From a virus: a DNA stretch of 64,000 nucleotides. Shown here piece by piece: positions 59,731 to 64,000 of this stretch; the stretch's first letter is position 1; every line of letters starts with the position of its first letter. Below the pieces are notes generated by a model. That model had not been told where the DNA came from, searched no databases, and worked only from the letters and a program-made list of their open reading frames with translations. Position numbers and translations under genes: made by a program. The stretch is taken from positions 19,377 through 83,376 of the IMG/VR virus record IMGVR_UViG_3300017735_002163; one strand, given 5' to 3'.

Positions 59731-59750
59731 ATGCCTTGTTCGTTATATAA

Positions 59751-60176
59751 TTATATCTTATCAAGTGCTTCACGCAAGATTTTTGAACCGCCTACTCTAA
59801 CATTAATAATTCCGTTATAGTAATCGTCTGTGAGCAATACATTTCTGTCAAACTGCTCTTTTGCTTCGAGGTAACTTGCAACACCTCTGCTTGGACAAAT
59901 GTGTAAAATTTGTCTGGTAAATTTATCTTCGCCTAATTCTAACACATCTGCTTGTAGATTATCTGAACTACCCCAATAATCACGCCAGTCACTTTCTTTA
60001 GTGCCACGACGTTTGTTCTTTTTACCTTTCAAGGGTGGTTTGGTTGTTTTGAATTTGGCAAGTTTTTTACCTACATACATCCTGCCATTGGTTGTATTAG
60101 TGATCAGATATACAAATGCTTCACAGCCTTCTGGCAATACGTTTAGTACTTTGTTGTTATATGTCCAATCACTCAT
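59751..60176 (-). CDS. stand-alone GIY-YIG (Seg-like) endonuclease-family protein, 141 aa
   Basis: FVYLITN..NGRMYVGKK (GIY-YIG variant), YWGSS, catalytic-position E in YLEAKEQ, YYNG; no extra DNA-binding domain. Confidence 0.8.
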   Translation of the reverse strand: MSDWTYNNKVLNVLPEGCEAFVYLITNTTNGRMYVGKKLAKFKTTKPPLKGKKNKRRGTKESDWRDYWGSSDNLQADVLELGEDKFTRQILHICPSRGVASYLEAKEQFDRNVLLTDDYYNGIINVRVGGSKILREALDKI

Positions 60177-60185
60177 GTGTGATAT

Positions 60186-61952
60186 TTAGTTAACGTATTC
60201 AGTATCAGTATTATAACTGGTAAATCCGCCCTCTTTAATAACTGTTAGTACATTGTTCACACGACCTACAAGTTCTTCTTTGTGTGAAATTAGGAAAATA
60301 TTTTTGCCTTGTTCTCTGTGCATTTTCTTTAACACCGCAAGTGCATTTTCTACACCTGTTGTGTCCATACCTGAATCAATAAGTTCGTCAATGCACAATA
60401 AGTTCATTGGGTGATTGAGACTTTCGTATATGTCTCTGAAACTCCAACTAAGTCCAAGTATAAGTCTATTACGCTCACCTCTACTTAAATTATCAAAGTC
60501 AAGATCTCTGCCGTACTCTGTGATTTCAACACTTAGGTCACTGCTAAATTTAACTTCATGCGGTAAGCCTAACTTATCCAAATAGTATGCAAGTCTATGA
60601 TTGAGATATGCAATGTTTTGATCAATAATTCTTTTGCGAATAAAACTGTCTTTGCTGGTTAGCAATTTGTACAAGAACTCTTGGTGCTCTTTGAGATATG
60701 TTAATTCATTCATTTCTTCAAAGTTAATTTCTTCGAGTCCTGTTTCCTTTAAAGATTCAATCTGATCATCGTAAGGATTTATGTCGTTTATTTTCTCATC
60801 GAGATTTGTTTTTAATGTGTCGAGATTGTGTTTGTGAGATAACGCATCTTCTAATGTGTTATAAAATGTATCAGCCTCATCCGGTAATTCACCAACTGAT
60901 GTAACAGCCTCGCCTACTTCAGATTGTCTTGTTAATAACTCTTGGTTATAAACTGTTTCTTCATCGATGTCTTTGACTAAGCCATTAGTGTATTCTTCGT
61001 GTGTATCCAAGTGTGCTGTGCTTTGCTCACATGCTGGGCATACACCGTCTTTGGCTTTTTGTAAATTGCTTTTTAATGTTTCTAATTTTTTGTTACTGCG
61101 AATCAACGATGTAGAAATACGTTCAAGCTCTGTGTTTAGAGTTGCTTTCATGTCTGTAGATTCTTTGAGGACAGCATTTGCTTTGTGATTGTTTATTTCT
61201 CTTTCAATATCAATCTCTTCGAGAGTGTCAATTGATGTTTGCATGTCTGCAACTTTATCTTCTTTAGTTTTAGTCCATGCTTTGCCACGACTTTCTATTT
61301 CTTTAATGTTGCGTTCAACACGTTCGTTACTGTTCTTAACAGCAGTAATACGTATTTCTTCTTCCTTAATTCTATCCTTTGTAACTTTTAATAGTTCTTT
61401 GAGAACATCTGCTTTTAATGACAGTTCTGTAATACCCAACAACTGCTCAATCATTGCACGTTGATCATTTGCTTTAAGACTGAGGAACGGTTCTGTGTAT
61501 GTGTTTAGTGCAATAAGTTGCTTGAACATTTCATGAGGGAAGCCAATTATTTTTTCAATTTCTTTTTGTGTTTCTCTGCTATCCCCTTGCTGTTCACCGT
61601 CACCTGGCTCAGTGCCGTTTACAAAAAACTTTAGTGTGTTAGGACGTCTACCACGTTCAATACGATAGTCAACACCATCCTTCTCAAACTCAACAGAAAC
61701 AATCATTGCTTTGCCGTTAGTTTTATTGATGAGATTATCTTTACGTATATTGGTTAATGCATCACCGTATAATCCATAACTAAGTGCATTTACAATAGTT
61801 GTCTTACCAGTGCCGTTTCTACTACCATCGCCACCTAAGTCGAGATTGTGTCCGAGTACTAACGTTAATTGGCATTGATCAAAATTAACAGCCTGTGTTT
61901 GTGCTCCGATACTCATAAAGTTCTTAGCACTTACATTCTTAATTTTTAACAT
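60186..61952 (-). CDS. gp46: recombination endonuclease subunit, Rad50/SbcC-like
   Basis: NGTGKTT, CPAC zinc hook, LSRGE signature, IDELIDSG, ISH. Confidence 0.95.
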   Translation of the reverse strand: MLKIKNVSAKNFMSIGAQTQAVNFDQCQLTLVLGHNLDLGGDGSRNGTGKTTIVNALSYGLYGDALTNIRKDNLINKTNGKAMIVSVEFEKDGVDYRIERGRRPNTLKFFVNGTEPGDGEQQGDSRETQKEIEKIIGFPHEMFKQLIALNTYTEPFLSLKANDQRAMIEQLLGITELSLKADVLKELLKVTKDRIKEEEIRITAVKNSNERVERNIKEIESRGKAWTKTKEDKVADMQTSIDTLEEIDIEREINNHKANAVLKESTDMKATLNTELERISTSLIRSNKKLETLKSNLQKAKDGVCPACEQSTAHLDTHEEYTNGLVKDIDEETVYNQELLTRQSEVGEAVTSVGELPDEADTFYNTLEDALSHKHNLDTLKTNLDEKINDINPYDDQIESLKETGLEEINFEEMNELTYLKEHQEFLYKLLTSKDSFIRKRIIDQNIAYLNHRLAYYLDKLGLPHEVKFSSDLSVEITEYGRDLDFDNLSRGERNRLILGLSWSFRDIYESLNHPMNLLCIDELIDSGMDTTGVENALAVLKKMHREQGKNIFLISHKEELVGRVNNVLTVIKEGGFTSYNTDTEYVN

Positions 61953-61953
61953 A

Positions 61954-62970
61954 CTAAATTTCTAATCCGTTATATATTCCGATGAGTTGTTGTTTGTCTA
62001 CTGTGTTGCTTTCTATGGTTTCTAATTGTGTAATAACAATTTGATCCACACTTTCAAATTTAATCTCGCCGCCTTCGAATTCATCCTGTTCTTCTTTGAC
62101 AGCAATTAGTTGTAACTCTCTAACATTATATTGTTCAGCCATCTTCTCTCTGATAAAGTTTGCCTCTTCGTATGAGATGCTGATGTCTAATTTTACCCTT
62201 GAATATGTATACTCGTCGAGTAAGTCTTCGTGGTTGTCTAACAATTGTTTTAGTGTTATAACTGAATACTTAGGACACTGGTCCCAATTAACATACACTG
62301 GCTCTTCGCCCCATGTCAAGAACATTGCACCACGTTCGTTGTCGCTTACGTCTGCATAGTTGTGGGGGAACGCATTGCCAATATAATGAATGTTGTTTTT
62401 GTACTGACGTTTGTGAAAGTGTCCACTAAACACATACTCAGGACCACTTAGCATTTTATCATTGATGCCACCATGGTCTGGCATTTCTACCATTGCATTC
62501 ATTTTAAAGTAAGGTAATTCAAAATGCCCAAACATGTATTTGCATTTCATTTTAGACACTGTTTTATAATCGTCGCCTACAAGCCATGGTATAATAGCAA
62601 CATCATCTTGTTCAAACATGTCATCTACCATAACAAAGTTGGACAAGTCACGAGCATATTCAATGCTGTTCATCTCACGTTTGTCACGATAGTATAAGTC
62701 ATGATTACCTGTAATGAAATATACTTTTTCAAAGTTGTCGTTTAACTTTTTAAGGTCCTTGATTGAAGCATTTAGAGTAGCAACATTTACACTTGCTCTA
62801 TGATGGCTCCAATCGCCCAGAAAAATACATGTCTCAGCATTCCTGGCTTTTGCTTCTGCAATAAACCAGTCTATGTACCTGTGACAATCTTGTAAATGTA
62901 CGCGGCTATTTTGCTTTAGTCCGTAGTGTATATCTGTAAAGCAAGCCGCTGTCTTGAACAGCGAACTCAT
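61954..62970 (-). CDS. gp47: recombination endonuclease subunit, Mre11/SbcD-like
   Basis: DIHYG, LGD, GNHD, GHFE, SGHFH. Confidence 0.95.
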   Translation of the reverse strand: MSSLFKTAACFTDIHYGLKQNSRVHLQDCHRYIDWFIAEAKARNAETCIFLGDWSHHRASVNVATLNASIKDLKKLNDNFEKVYFITGNHDLYYRDKREMNSIEYARDLSNFVMVDDMFEQDDVAIIPWLVGDDYKTVSKMKCKYMFGHFELPYFKMNAMVEMPDHGGINDKMLSGPEYVFSGHFHKRQYKNNIHYIGNAFPHNYADVSDNERGAMFLTWGEEPVYVNWDQCPKYSVITLKQLLDNHEDLLDEYTYSRVKLDISISYEEANFIREKMAEQYNVRELQLIAVKEEQDEFEGGEIKFESVDQIVITQLETIESNTVDKQQLIGIYNGLEI

Positions 62971-63845
62971 TATTGGTCAAATGCCTCGATATCGTTAGTT
63001 TCTGATTCAGTAGATTCTCTTAGTCTACGCATTTCATCTTCGTGTTGTATCTGTCTACTATAACTTGGAAGATGTCCGCTGTCAATCAAAATATCATCTC
63101 TAATGTTTTGATTACGTTTCTCAAGATTAAGAACTCTTGTGAAACTGTTATTAACTGCGGCTGTGTAGTACGCAAATGGGTTGTCTGATTTTGCTTCGTT
63201 GAACTGTAGGCCTACTTGGCTAAGTTGAACAAGTGCTTGTCCTCTCATTTCATCTACGTATGTGTACCCTCTCCAGTTTGCCCTGTGAGAATATCTTTCT
63301 ACTAATTTCAAAAACATTGTACCGAGTGTATTTGTAATACGTCCTTTGTTAGGCTCGAAGTGGCCATTACTTAAACTTCCTTCCCAGTGGCTTCTTACAA
63401 CCTCTTTGATCTCACCATTAACATAAGCATAATGCTTGAATGGTGGGAAGTTTACTTTGGCTTTTGTTTCGGCTTCGTTTTTTGGGTTTCTTTTTCTACC
63501 TGGCTCTAAGGGAATATGCTCGTATGTCATAACTCTAAAAGTCACATCTTCGTCACTGATTGTAGCAGTGTCCACCGCAAAGTCTTTTTGCTTAGGTTTG
63601 TTTCTGTAATCTTTCTTGTCATGACCAAGCATTGCCTGTGCGTAGCCTTCTGATTGAATTCTCGATGCTTGATTGTCTTTTGCAATCTGTAATGCAGTAG
63701 CATCAATTTTGCTGACGTCATCGAGGATAATATCGTTTTGTATATATTTGTCATCCATAACCCAACAAAATGTAATTTTGCTTTTGTGAATTTCTTTTAA
63801 TATATCTTTGTTGTTGAGGTAGTTTGTTTTTTTAGCAACTGCCAT
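62970..63845 (-). CDS. gp55: late transcription sigma factor
   Basis: YLNNK, NWRGYTYVDEM, FNEAKSDNPFAYYT; upstream of gp47 as in many T4-like phages. Confidence 0.85.
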   Translation of the reverse strand: MAVAKKTNYLNNKDILKEIHKSKITFCWVMDDKYIQNDIILDDVSKIDATALQIAKDNQASRIQSEGYAQAMLGHDKKDYRNKPKQKDFAVDTATISDEDVTFRVMTYEHIPLEPGRKRNPKNEAETKAKVNFPPFKHYAYVNGEIKEVVRSHWEGSLSNGHFEPNKGRITNTLGTMFLKLVERYSHRANWRGYTYVDEMRGQALVQLSQVGLQFNEAKSDNPFAYYTAAVNNSFTRVLNLEKRNQNIRDDILIDSGHLPSYSRQIQHEDEMRRLRESTESETNDIEAFDQ

Positions 63846-63869
63846 ATTGACTCCTGTAATAAGTTATAC

Positions 63870-63898
63870 AGTATACAATATAGTTATAGGAAAGTCAA
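63870..63898 (-). promoter_or_regulatory. sigma70-type promoter for gp55-47-46-GIY-YIG
   Basis: TTGACT-17 nt-TATACT. Confidence 0.75.
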
Positions 63899-63981
63899 CC
63901 TAAACCTGCCATTTTCTGGTATTTAACACATGCTTTAATAAAGGTGATAAATATTACACATATAAACAAGGAGATGCTGTA

Positions 63982-64000
63982 ATGGCAGATACAGACGGTA
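63982..64000 (+). CDS. 5' end of a late gene truncated by the window edge
   Basis: GATAAATA box, AAGGAG RBS, then ATG GCA GAT ACA GAC GGT. Confidence 0.5.

Noticed and set aside
59235-60176. Group I intron with GIY-YIG homing endonuclease, RNase P RNA or tmRNA
   Set aside because: No interrupted host gene, and I could not see the group I core motifs, the RNase P GAGGAAAGUCC motif, or tmRNA ends and tag. Only a covariance-model search can exclude these fully.
1-64000. Stop-codon reassignment, inteins or introns in core genes
   Set aside because: Core genes are full length in the standard code, and terL, uvsX, gp46, portal and capsid have ordinary sizes.

Overview
This window is a 64-kb segment of a large, AT-rich, T4-related myovirus (jumbo-phage-like gene order; probably aquatic, host unknown). 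Most genes are on the minus strand. It holds three tRNA genes, UvsY/UvsX/SSB, terminase, head completion, tail tube/sheath, neck, tail completion, lysozyme, four fibre-like genes, the capsid module (gp23/22/21/20), a tape-measure-like gene, a baseplate hub gene, gp46/gp47 and the late sigma factor gp55. Two accessory islands sit in the structural region. One is a five-enzyme cluster (PLP enzyme, amidinotransferase, 2OG-Fe(II) oxygenase, NDP-sugar epimerase/dehydratase, B12 radical SAM). The other is a curli/signalling module (CsgG, CsgF, two curlin-like proteins, FecR, CHASE2 cyclase, ferredoxin-NADP reductase). Best leads: (1) a ~500-nt ORF-free, pseudoknotted region just downstream of a stand-alone GIY-YIG gene, with an exact 24-nt hairpin repeat / 17-nt spacer / 24-nt repeat inside it; (2) a likely programmed -1 frameshift extending the gp26-like protein into a start-less gp51-like frame; (3) pervasive leaderless late transcripts, which include accessory enzymes; (4) identical repeats bracketing the enzyme cluster and the fibre cassette. 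All calls come from reading motifs by eye; no searches or folding programs were run.
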